A DNA stretch of 64,000 bases from Centroscyllium fabricii (Eukaryota). Below, in pieces: positions 1 through 10,630 of this stretch (its first letter is position 1; each line of letters starts with the position of its first letter). The notes beneath the pieces were generated by a model. The model was not told the origin of the DNA, ran no database searches, and saw nothing but the letters and a program-made list of their open reading frames with translations. The translations under genes were made by a program, and so were the position numbers. The stretch spans positions 38,440,001-38,504,000 of the forward strand of contig JBNRSN020000008.1 of NCBI GenBank assembly GCA_051313645.2, read 5' to 3'.

Positions 1-717
1 TTCTTATGTTCTTAAAGTCAGGGCTCCCTGGATGACAAAAGGGATAGAGAATATAATGAAGCAGAAAAAGAGTGTGTATGACAGATGTCAGGTTGCAAAT
101 ACATCTGAGAATCAGGCTATATATAGAAAGGTCAGAGGAGAAGTGAAAAAGAAAATAAGAGGGGCAAAGAGAGGGTATGAGAATAGAATGGCTGCCAACA
201 TAAAAGGTAATCTAAAAGTCTTCTATAGGCATATAAATAGTAAAAGGGTAGCAAGAGGATGAGTGGGGCCAAATAAGGACCAAAAAGAAGACCTATGCAT
301 GGAGGCAGAAGGTATGGCTGAGTTACTAAATGAGTACTTTGCATCTGTCTTCACCAAGGAAAAGGATCCTGCCATAGACATAGTGAAGGAGGAGGTAGTG
401 GAGACACTTGATAGGATAAAAATTGATTAAGAGGTATTAGAAAGGCTGGCTGTACTTAAAGTAGATAAATCTCCAAGGGCAGATGGGATGCGGCCTAGGC
501 TGCTGAGGGAATTGAGGGCAGAAATCACGGAGATACTGGCCATAATATTCCAATCCTCCATAGATACAGGGGTGGTACCAGAGGACTGAAGAGTTGCAAA
601 TGTTACACCATTGTTCAAAAAAGTGTGCAAAGATGAACCCAGTAACTACAGGTCAGTCAGTTTAACCTCGGCAGTGGGGGAAGCTTTTAGAAACAGTAAT
701 CAGGGACAAAATTAATA
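1..717 (+). mobile_element. CR1-clade LINE ORF2 fragment, degenerate; continues at 6546
   Basis: CR1-like peptides (AANIKGNLKVFY, DKSPRADG, VANVTPLFKK, NYRSVSLTS) with stops; sequence resumes colinearly at 6546. Confidence 0.85.
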
Positions 718-1343
718 GGGGGAAAAATTCAGTTGGTTGCACCTCCCGTTAGCGCCTTAGGAGGGCGCTAATGGGGGCGCAAAGCAACTAGCGCCCGGGT
801 GCGGCGGGTTTAGCGCTACTTGGGAAATTGATTAGTCATTTTGCAGCGGCGCTAAACACTACCACCGCGATCCCCTGCGCTGGCAGATGGTGACGTCATT
901 CGAGTGAGCAACGCCCCGGACTGGATATTGAGTGGCGCCCCCTGCCTTACCGCCTGCCGCTAACAACGACAGGTTGAGGCGAGCATTCTGCAGTCAGAAA
1001 GGGACTGGGGGAGCGCTATTTAAAGGTGACTGCTTCCTGCCTTTTTTTGTTGGTGACAATTTTGCACCACGCATTCTGAGAGTTTGAGAGAGAAACTTCT
1101 GGAGAGATTCAATACTGTGTGAAGGAGTTTTGGGTACTGAGCAGCACTTTGCAGGTTCATTTTGATTTGCGCTTCCTTGTATCGTTTTAGAAGAGAATGT
1201 GGGGGCTGCACTCTCAGCTCTTTCCCTGGGTCTCTCCATTGTTCTTCCCAGCAAATTTGATGTACCTGTCTCTCCAGGCCGAGATTCAAGGCTGCAATGA
1301 GCAGGATGTGGATGGAGAGCAAGATCAATCCTCCCCTTTAAGA

Positions 1344-1430
1344 TAAAAACAGAATATGCAGGAGAAACTCAGCAGGTCAAGCAGCATCTGTGAAGAGAGA
1401 AACAGAGTTAACGTTTCAGGTCGATGACGA
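1344..1430 (-). ncRNA. Penelope-derived mini-insert with minimal hammerhead motif, split by the Gypsy insertion (other part at 6261-6279)
   Basis: Rejoined minus strand reads AGAGUU-CUGACGA-A-UCGUC-AUC-GACCU-GAAA-CG-UU-AACUCU; flanked by direct repeat CCTTTAAGA (1335-1343 / 6280-6288). Confidence 0.65.
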
Positions 1431-1709
1431 TGACGTATCGTCAATATCTCATAGTAAAAGACTCAACGAGTAGCTACCGTAACTATAGGCTTTTAATCAC
1501 TTACTTAGGAGCTACCCTCCGAACAAACATCTAAGCAGGAATGAGGGAGCCTCAGTCAGTCTCCACCTATAAAGGCCTCACCTGGGGGAGGAGTTAGAGG
1601 TGTGGCCGACCTGGCTCCCGACAGTGTTACAGGGCTGTGTATCACACATACACAGCCAATTATTGGCAACAAGAATACAGTGGTATACATAACATTATGG
1701 GTTACCACA
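1431..1709 (-). repeat. 3' LTR of Gypsy element 1
   Basis: Direct repeat of 5982-6260. Confidence 0.95.
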
Positions 1710-1729
1710 TTCACCCCTTCTTGAAAATT

Positions 1730-4700
1730 TTAAGTCCGGGGGGGTGAATGGACCGAGCAGTTCAATATCAGCCTATCCGGTGGTTGTGCCAGCCTGGAGG
1801 ACCGCCGGAGTTCCGGTGATGATCCTTCATGGTCCGTGCTGCTCGAGTCCGCTGGTGGTGACAGTTGCCCAGGTGCCATGGTTTCGGGTGGTGATGGTCT
1901 CCGCTGGTCCGAGCTATCGGAGTGGTGGTCCTGGGTTGGCCACTGCTGGGGCTCTGGAAAACTCGGAGGCCATTGTAGGTGTAGGGGGTGTTCTGGATAC
2001 TGTGGCTGAGCGGCCTGCTGGCCGACCAGGGGCTCTGCGGTGCTTCCTGCGGGCGCCAGGTCCCTGATAGATACGGTGTCCTCACGCCAGTCCGGGAACT
2101 GCACGAATGCGTATTGTGGGTTCGCATGCAGGAGCTGCACCTTGTCCACCAGGGGGTCGGTCTTGTGGCCATGGACGTGTCTTCGAAGGAAGACCGGCCC
2201 CGGTGTCGTGAGCCATGGAGGAAGAGCTGTCCCCGAAGGCGACTTCCTGGGAAAAGCAAAAATCAAGTCATGAGGAGTTGCGTTAGTGGCCGTACATCGG
2301 AGAGAGCGTATAGAATGCAGCGCGTCTGGGAGGACTGCCTGCCAATGGGCCACTGGAAGGCCTCTGGACTTCAGAGCCAGGGTGACCGCCTTCCAGATGA
2401 TCCCATTCTCCCTTTCTACCTGGCCGTTCCCCCGGGGGTTATAACTGGTCGTTCTGCTCGTGGCAACCCCTTTCTGGAGCAGAAACTGACGCAGTTCATC
2501 GCTCATGAACGATGACCCCCGGTCGCTATGGATGTAGCTGGGGAGACCGAAAATGGCGAACAGCGTGGTGAAGTGTTTTATCACCGTTGCGCTCGTCATA
2601 TCTGCGCAGGGGAAGGCGAAGGGGAAGCGGGAGAACTCATCTACGACTGTGAGGAAGTATGAGTTGCGGTCGGTGGTGGGGAGGGGGCCTTTGAAGTCCA
2701 CGCTGAGACGTTAAAAGGGGCAGGTGGCCTTGATGAGGTGCACCGTGTCTGGCCGGAAAAATTGGGGTTTGCACTCGGCGCAAACAGGGCACTCTCGGGT
2801 CATAGCCTTGATCTCCGTGATGGAGTAGGGGAGGCTATGGGATCTGACGAAGTGGGCGAGTCTGGTGACACCCGGGTGGCAGAGGCGGTCGTGGAGGTCC
2901 TTCAGCCGGTCCAGCTGGGCGTTGGCGCACGTTCCCCTGGACAGTGCGTCCGGGGTTTCATTGAGTTTCCCTGGTCGGTAAAGAATGTCGTACTCGTAAG
3001 TCGAGAGCTCGATCCGCCACCGCAGGATCTTATCATTCTTGATCTTACCCTTCTGTTTATTATTAAACATAAACGCCACCGACCGTTGGTCGGTGAGAAG
3101 GGTAAAACACTTACCGGCCAGGTAATGACGCCAGTAGCGCACGGCCTCCATGATGGCCTGGGCCTCCTTTTCCACTGCTGAGTGGCGAGTTTCGGGTCCC
3201 TGTAGGGTGCGGGAGAAAAACGCTACGGGCCTGCCTGCCTGATTCAGGGTGGCAGCAAGGGCGAAGTCCGAAGCGTCGCTCTCCACCTGGAAGGGAATGG
3301 ATTCATCAACAGCGAGCATGGTCGCCTTGATGATGTCTTCCTTTATCCGGGTGAATGCCGTTTGGGCTTGTACCGAAAGGGGGAAAACGGCAGCCTTGAG
3401 GAGTGGTCTAGCCTTGTCCGCGAACTGTGGGACCCATTGTGCGTAATAGGAGAAAAATCCTAGGCATCTCCTCAAGGCTTTAGGGTTGTGAGGTAGGGGC
3501 AGTTCTTGAAGGGGTCGCATACGCTGTGGGTCGGGGCCGAGGACCCCGTTCTCCACCACGTATCCGAGGATGGCGAGCCGGTCTGTATTAAAGACACATT
3601 TGTCTTTGTTATACGTGAGGTCCAGCTTATCCGCCGTGTCGAGAAATTTGGCCAGATTGGCATCATGGTCCTGCTGGTCGTGGCCGCAGATGGTCACGTT
3701 GTCCAGGTAGGGGAAGGTGGCCTGCAACTCGTTCTGGTCAACCATGCGGTCCATCTCCCGCTGGAACACTGACACTCTGTTGGTCACGCCGAAGGGGACC
3801 CGGAGGAAGTGGTAGAGCCAACCGTTCGCCTCGAAGGCGGTGTAGGGGCAGTCGGCTTTCCGGATCGGGAGTTGGTGATACGCTGACTTAAGGTCGATCG
3901 TAGAGAACACCTTGTACTGGGCGATCTGATTGACCATTTCCGAGATGCGGGGAAGGGGGTAGGCGTCGAGCCCGGTGTAGCGGTTGATGGTCTGGCTGTA
4001 GTCGATCACCAGCCGTTGTTTCTCGCCAGACTTTACCACTACAACTTGGGCGCGCCAGGGGCTGGTGCTGGCTTCAATTATCCCCTCCTTCAGCATACGC
4101 CCGACCTCCGACCTGATAAACGTGCGATCCCCCACACTGTACCGCCGACTCTTGGTAGCAATAGGTTTGCACTTGGGGTCGAGGTTGGCGAACAGTGATG
4201 GGGGGTCGATTTTCAGGGTGGAGAGGCCGCAGGCCGGGCTCTGCTTTGGGAAGGGACTGTCCCGGCTACTGACGGTGAGGGGGGGCAAGGTTCCGCCGAA
4301 CTCCATTGTCACGCTCTTGAGGTGGCACTGGAAATCCAGACCTAGTAAGGCTGGGGCACACAACTGCTGGAGGGTGTACAATTTAAAATTACGGTACACG
4401 CACCCCTTGACTGTGAGCGTGATGGAGCAGTAGCCGGTGACGTCCGCGGTGTGGGACTTTGAAGCAAGGGAGACTTGGTAGTTTGTGGGCAGGATCTGCA
4501 GTCCGCAGCGCTGCACTGTATCGGGGTGCACAAAGTTCTCCGTGCTTCCAGTGTCAAATAGGCAATTAGTAGTATGGCCGTTTATTTTGATGGGCATTAT
4601 TGAGTTAGACAGGGTGTGTGGCCTGTCCTGGTCCACTCTGGGTATGGCTGAAGCAGACGTGTGCTTCTGTGTGTGTGGGCCCCCTGCTGGTTGGTGCTGT

Positions 4701-5955
4701 ACACAAAATGGCGGCGCCCCTGGCTCGCACATGGTGGGGCCCTGGAGACAAAATGGCGGCGCCCCTGGCTCGCACATGATGGGGCCCTGGGGACAAAATG
4801 GCGGCGCCGAGGGGTCGCACATGGTGGGCCGCTGGGGGCGAGATGGCGGCGCCCGTGGTTCGCACGCGGCTGACCACTGTGAGCGCGCTGGCGGCGCCCG
4901 TGGTTCGCACGCAGCAGGCCGCGGTGACTGGGTTGGCGGCGCCCGTGGTTCGCACGCAGTGGGCCGCGGTGGCTGGATTGGCGGTGCCCGTGGTTCGCAC
5001 GCAGCCGGCCGCATTGGGTCTGCTGCTGGCGTTGGGGGGTCGCGCTTGGCCGGCCTTTGCCGCCTCGGGGTGGGAGATGGAGGCGCTTTCCTCCTACCCC
5101 CGGACCGTCGCTGGATCGCGCTGCTATTGCAGCTTACCTGAGGTCTGTCGCTTTCACAGGCTGCGCTGTTGTACCTGGAGTTGGGCGCTGTTGGTGCTGA
5201 TCTGCAAGCCTTTGCGTAATGTCCTTTCTTGGCGCACCTCTCACAGGTCGTGGTCCTTGCTGGGCATCTCACTCTCGGGTGCAGTCCCTGGCTGCAGAAG
5301 TAGCAGCGTTTGTCTTTTGTGGCTGTCGCAGCCATCGTGGGGGTCTCGGCCCGTTGTGGTGCTGCCCAGGCCTGGGTCCGTTGTGGCGCGGCCCACATGT
5401 CATAGGCCTGCGGGTTTGTGCCGCTGTACGCTTGTAGTTTGTTGCGTGCTCCTTCCACGGAGTTAGATATAGCAATCGCATCTTCGAGGGACAAAGTGTC
5501 TTTTTCGAGCAGCCGCTGGCGGGCTTCCACGCACCTTAGTCCAGTTACATACGCGTCTCGGACGAGGAGGTTAGCCTCCTCTTCTGCTGTCCGGGCTTGG
5601 CAGCCACAGACCCGTACCAGGGCCTGGAGCGCTTGCTCAAATTGTTCATTAGTCTCACCTGGTAGTTGTGGTCTGGTCGCGAGCACATGTCTGGCGTAGA
5701 CCGAATGGACCGGGCGCTCGTAGCATTTCCTCAGCTTTTCCACTGCCCCGGGTAGGTTTTGGCGTCTCGGATGAGGGCGAATACTCGGCTGGAGATCCTG
5801 GACCGGAGAACCTGTAGCTTGTTCCCGTCGGTTGTAGCCTTGGCGGCGTCCATATAGGCCTCCAGGAGACCGAACCAGTGTTCGAACGTGGTGGCGGCGG
5901 CAGGGTCCTGTGGACTGATATCCAGCTTTTCTGGCTTTACTGCACCGCTCTCCAT
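1730..5955 (-). pseudogene. Gypsy gag-pol polyprotein with one frameshift near 5745 and one in-frame stop at 2711
   Basis: Two CCHC knuckles (CYFCSQGLHPRVRC, CERCAKKGHYAKAC), protease LFDTGS, RT IDLKSAYHQ / YLDN, RNase H ESDAS, integrase HHCC and D-D-E (DFKGP, SDRG, VERENG). Confidence 0.93.
4706..5010 (-). repeat. 45-bp coding minisatellite in Gag (7 x 15 aa)
   Basis: Units such as PAACEPRAPPIQPPR and PTMCEPGAPPFCVQH. Confidence 0.9.
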
Positions 5956-5981
5956 TTTAAAAAACTTTAAGTGATTAAAAT

Positions 5982-6260
5982 TGACGTATCGTCAATATCT
6001 CAGAGTAAAAGACTCAACGAGTAGTTACCGTAACTATAGGCTTTTAATCACTTACTTAGGAGCTACCCTCCGAACGAACATCTGAGCAGGAATGAGGGAG
6101 CCTCAGTCAGTCTCCACCTATAAAGGCCTCACCTGGGGGAGGAGTTAGAGGTGTGGCCGACCTGTCTTCCGACAGTGTTACAGGGCTGTGTATCACACAT
6201 ACACAGCCAATTATTGGCAACAAGAATACAGTGGTATACATAACATTATGGGTTACCACA
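5982..6260 (-). repeat. 5' LTR of Gypsy element 1
   Basis: Direct repeat of 1431-1709; TATA-like TTTATAGG and ATTAAA on the minus strand. Confidence 0.95.
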
Positions 6261-6545
6261 GACGATTCGTCAGAACTCTCCTTTAAGAATTGGACGGTGC
6301 CAGTGTGTCTGTGTTCCATTGCTGACTGACAGCGCCTGCGCTGCGCCCGCGCTCTGAAGTAGCGCCTCGGTAGACGGCCTTTGCGCCTGAAGAGAGTTGT
6401 GTAGCGCCTGATTTAGCGCTCCAATCACCTCCACGGGCGTTAAAAGTCAAGTTTGCAGTTGGAGGCGATAATTAGCGCCAGGCGCTAAATTTTGCGCACC
6501 GCCCAGAATGGTGCCCCAAATGGGGCGATACCGAATTTTTCCCCC

Positions 6546-7130
6546 ACAGTCTCTTGAACAGGTGTGGATTAATAAAGGAAAGCCAGCACGGATTTGTTAA
6601 AGGCAAATCATGTTGAACCAACTTGTTTTTTGCTGAGGTAACAGAGGATTGATGAGGATATTGCGGTAGACGTGGTGTACATGGATTTCTAAAAGGCGTT
6701 CGACAAAGAGTCACATAATAGGCTTGCCAGCAAAGTTGAAGCCCATGGAATAAAAGGGACAGTGGCAGCATGGATATGAAATTGGCTAAGTGACAGAAAA
6801 CAGAGAGTAGTGGTGAACAATTGCTTTTTAGACTGGGGGAAGGTATACAGTGGTGTTCCTCAGGGTTTGGTTCTAGAACCACTGCTTTTCTTGATACATA
6901 TACGCAGTGAGTGGTATGTACTTCCTGAAAAGGTGGTGGAGGAAGACTCAATCTTATCTTTCAAAAGGGAGTTGGATGAGTGAAGGAAAAACATTTGCAT
7001 GGTTACGCGGAAAGGGCGGGGGAGTGAGACAAGCTGAGGGGCTCTTGCAGAGAGTTGGCATGGGCTCGATAGGCCGAATGGCCTTCTTCCGTGCTGTAAC
7101 CATTCTATGATTCTGTGATTCTATGATTCT
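6546..7130 (+). mobile_element. CR1 LINE RT fragment and 3' tail
   Basis: QHGFVKGKSC and SGVPQG motifs; ends in ATTCTATG-type repeats; internal deletion near 6905. Confidence 0.85.
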
Positions 7131-7268
7131 AATCTTTGTTGCTTGCCAGTGCTCTTTCAAACAGGATATTTCTTTCTAGAATTGCAAGTTTGAAAGTACT
7201 CTCAGTAATACTGTTGTACAAATACTTAGCACACAAGATTGGAAGGCAATATCTGGATGTACAATAGC

Positions 7269-7327
7269 TTGTGATTTCAAATAAAACTGTTGGACTATAA
7301 TCTGGTGTTGTGTAACTTCTTACAATA
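7269..7327 (+). mobile_element. Penelope terminal-repeat fragment with a 13-bp target duplication
   Basis: Nearly identical to 54937-54977 plus 60588-60603; flanked by GATGTACAATAGC (7256-7268 / 7328-7340). Confidence 0.7.
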
Positions 7328-8260
7328 GATGTACAATAGCATAGTTTGACTGGTGGATCAATGAGATCCCCTTGTTATATCAACTGTATATCATGATCGT
7401 TGCACATGCAGTTGTCCATCTTTCCGAAAGGCAGACTGTTCAACGCTTGGTAAGATAAGGCCAGATAAGAATCTTAAAGCTGCTTTATTTTAAGGGCAGT
7501 AAATTAACTTACAGATTAACAGTTATAACAGATTTCATCTCAGTTTAATTCATTTCAGTCTCTCCTCATCATAAAGGAACGATAAACTGCACCGCACTGT
7601 TCTAGTTAGTGGGCTAAAGATCACTTATTTTCTGTCAGACCCAGCTCTGAATTGGACTAAGGCCTGCTCCAGGTCTGGTTGGGTCTCTTAAGGTAAACTG
7701 GCATAGCTTTTTATCTGCCTCGCTCAGCAGAATTTACTAATGGCCTCAGCCATATGTCCCTTGTTCTTTTTTGGCCTCCTGGGGCAGGAAGTTTGGCAGC
7801 GTGACCCCTGACTCCTTTCCTGTCTGGGAGATGGCCATAAGAGCTTCCACTTAAGCCTGCTACTGCCCTTCGTGGATGGGGTCCCCTTGAAGCTAGCTCT
7901 TGCAAAGATCAAAAAGAAGATACATTTCAACCACCAATGTGATTGTTTGCTGTGGCGTTCTTAAAATAAATCTCCAATATCTGAGGCAATCTGAGTAGAC
8001 GCTTCAACTGACTTCTGATCCCTATCCCCAGCATGTCACAGTTCTACAAATCTAATGCTTGAAAACAAACTTTATCTTAAAAGCACATTCTAATGTAACT
8101 TAAATAAAGCTTCCTTACACCCTCCTCCATTCTGTGGTAAAATGGTCAAAAATCCCAGAACACAAGTGAGACTGCTGTTCTACGTAATCATGTTTATGTC
8201 GAGCCGGGGAGGGGCGGCAGGTTCCTTCCCTAAAGGGTCTTAGTGAACCAGTTGCATTTA

Positions 8261-9000
8261 TAGAACATAAGAATATAAGAAATAGGAGCAGGAGTTGGCC
8301 ATTCGGCCCCTCGAGCCTGCTCCACCATTCAATGAGATCATGGCTGATCTTCCACCTCATGGCTACACGGTGGCATAGTGGTTAGCACAGTTGCCTCACA
8401 GCACTGGAGACCCGGGTTCAAATCCAGCCTCGGGTACTATCTGTGTGGAGTTTGCACATTCTCCCCGTGTCTGCGTGGGTTTCCTCCGGGTGCTCCGGTT
8501 TCCTCCCACAGTCCAAAGATGTGTGGGTCAGGTTGATTGGTCATGATAAATTGACCCTTAGTGTTAGGGGGATTGAATATGTGGGGTTACGGGGATAGGG
8601 TGGGATATGTGTCAGTGCAGGTTCGATAGGGTGGGAGATGTGTTGGTGCAGGCTCGATAGGGATCGAGGGATATGGGGAGAGGGCAGGGACGGGGTGCTG
8701 GGTTTGGATGATCAGCCATGATCTCATTGAATGGCTGAGCAGGCTCGAAGGGCCGAATGGCCTACTCCTGCTCCTATCTTCTATGTCTATGTCTATCTCC
8801 ACTTTCCTGCACTATCCCCACATCCCTTCATTTCCTTCGTTCCCCCAAATTTATTGACCTCTGTCTTGAATGCACTCAACGACTGAGCATCCACAGCTCT
8901 CTGGGGTAAATAATTCCAAAGATTCACGACCCTTTGAACGAAGAAATTTCTTCTCATTTCAGTCCTAAATGGCTGACCCCTTATTCTGAGACTGTGACCC
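8261..9000 (-). mobile_element. CR1 3'-end fragment interrupted by a SINE
   Basis: CR1 3'UTR (GGAGCAGGAGTTGGCCATTCGGCCC) continues after 8796. Confidence 0.8.
8361..8796 (+). mobile_element. HE1-type tRNA-derived V-SINE, full length
   Basis: Pol III A box TGGCATAGTGG, B box GGTTCAAATCC, V-domain GTGGAGTTTGCACATTCTCCCCGTG, CR1-derived 3' tail. Confidence 0.9.
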
Positions 9001-9931
9001 CGAATGCAGCAACTTTCATGGCCATTTTTGTTTTGTTACCAGCTCACAAATTATCATTGAATTTCATAACTTGTCATGGTGGGTTTATGAATCTCTGGGT
9101 TACTAGTCCACAACACAACTGTACACTGACCTGAAGGGCTTCAAAAGGTTTAAATTAATTTACTTCAGAAAATGTAACTTTTATGGGCCCCTGTGTGCCA
9201 GGCAGAGTAAAATGTGAAGAGGACGGAGAGTTGAACTTTTCCACCAGCTTAAATGTTGGTTGTGCCTGTGCAAAGGAGACAATCGCTTGGCATAGATTCA
9301 ATGATTGGACTGGGACCAACCATGGAAACCCATCTGTTCCAATGCACATGCTAAACACTAGTGTGGGTCGGGTGGGGGGTTGGGGGGGGGGGGTAAAAGT
9401 CCTGTTTTAACAAAAAGTGGGAGAATGCCTAAATTTCTCCTAATTAAAGTTCATTGCCGTTGGAACACACGGCAATTTTTCACTGAAGGAAGAATTTCAT
9501 CCCATATGTCTCTGAGGTTTGGGAATGTGAATCTGCAATCCACACCAGGGTAAGGTGCCACTTTCAGTGACTCGCCATCCAACTTACTCTTCTTACTGGC
9601 CCAAAAAAAACAATGGTGAAGATGAAACCTGATGAAAGCAATGGGGGGAATAAAACACATAACTTTAGAATGAAAGTGAGAAGAAAATTGGTAAACATTA
9701 CATAAATATATTACCCTATTAGATATTTTTATTAATACATAAGTACTTGCTATGAGACTCAGACACGCACTATGAACATTGGACTATTAGTTTGAAGGCA
9801 GGCTTTCAAGGCGGATATAATTCGGGTACAAACCAAGCATTTTCCCATAAGGAGGCAAGATGGGGCATCGAACGCTAGAGCTTCCTGGATAACAAAGGAA
9901 ATAGAGGTTAAAATAAAACAGAAAAAGGAGG

Positions 9932-10471
9932 TGATGTACCATCAATTAGACCAAAGACAAAGAGTTACCTTAACTAAAAGCTTTTATTCACTGAAGAATG
10001 GAGCGTGTCTCGGCTGAGCTCAGGGCTGTACTGACCGGGGGGATGGTGAGCAGCCACCTATATACCTGGACCCAGAGGAGGAGTCAGAGGCGGGGTCAGC
10101 CGAGGCAAGCTCCTACAGTTATTATCAAGCAGGTATTTACAGATATGTACAGAGTTAGCAGCAAGGTATTTACAGATACTGATGTGACAAAAGAGACCTA
10201 CACATCAATAACTCTAAGCAAAGCTTTAATCAACTATTTACAGAGTTAGAGTTTCACATGCTTACAGGGGAAGCATCATCCCAGACTGGATAGCAGCAGA
10301 ACTTATACCACTAGATAGGAAGTGACGTATATACAGGAAGTGACATGTAAAAAGGAAATGATGCAACAGGAAATACATATGCAGAGTTCATTAGACTTTC
10401 TGCCGGAAGTTTTAATATCACCACAGATACATTATGGTACAACGACAGTGGTATAACACAGGTTTACCACA
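9932..10471 (-). mobile_element. Solo LTR related to the Gypsy-1 LTR family
   Basis: TGATGTACCATCAAT...TTACCACA termini resemble the Gypsy-1 LTR; 5-bp TSD GGAGG (9927-9931 / 10472-10476). Confidence 0.85.
10180..10425 (-). mobile_element. Second solo LTR nested inside the first
   Basis: TGATGTG...CACCACA termini; 5-bp TSD GATAC (10175-10179 / 10426-10430). Confidence 0.85.
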
Positions 10472-10531
10472 GGAGGTTTATGACAAATGTCAGGTACGGA
10501 ATACAATCGAAACCAGGCAGAATACAGCGAG

Positions 10532-10630
10532 AAATAAAAACAGAAAATGCTGGAAATACTCAGCAGGTCAGGCAGCAACTGTGGAAAGTGACACCGAGTT
10601 AACATTTCAGGTCGATGACCTTTTGTCAGA
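10532..10630 (-). mobile_element. Penelope-derived hammerhead mini-insert with decayed core
   Basis: Minus strand CUGACAA-A-AGGUC-AUC-GACCU-GAAA-UG-UU; 14-bp duplication CAGAATACAG(C/A)GAG (10518-10531 / 10627-10640). Confidence 0.7.

Larger units (their letters stand above)
1431..6260 (-). mobile_element. Ty3/Gypsy LTR retrotransposon, full length, no tRNA-type PBS
   Basis: 279-bp LTRs (1431-1709, 5982-6260; TG...CA; about 6 mismatches), 5-bp TSD GACGA, PPT next to 1710, gag-PR-RT-RH-IN order. Confidence 0.97.
718..6545. mobile_element. Non-autonomous PIF/Harbinger-like DNA element (family A) hosting a Penelope-derived insert and a Gypsy element
   Basis: Terminal inverted repeats GGGGGAAAAATTC / GAATTTTTCCCCC; 3-bp flanks ATA/ACA; interrupts a CR1; homologous copy starts at 39839. 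Confidence 0.75.

Noticed and set aside
994-1328. Duplicated ORFs 994-1254 and 1020-1328 (again at 40105-40419) as a gene pair
   Set aside because: They lie inside copies of a non-autonomous DNA element, differ by frameshifts between copies and show no recognisable domain.
7711-7930. Short minus-strand ORFs in unique sequence
   Set aside because: No recognisable protein motif or convincing splice-site pair.
8361-8435. tRNA gene (also the heads at 34570-34641, 38769, 50710-50785 and 54365-54437)
   Set aside because: The A and B boxes run straight into the V-domain and CR1 tail, so these are SINE heads.
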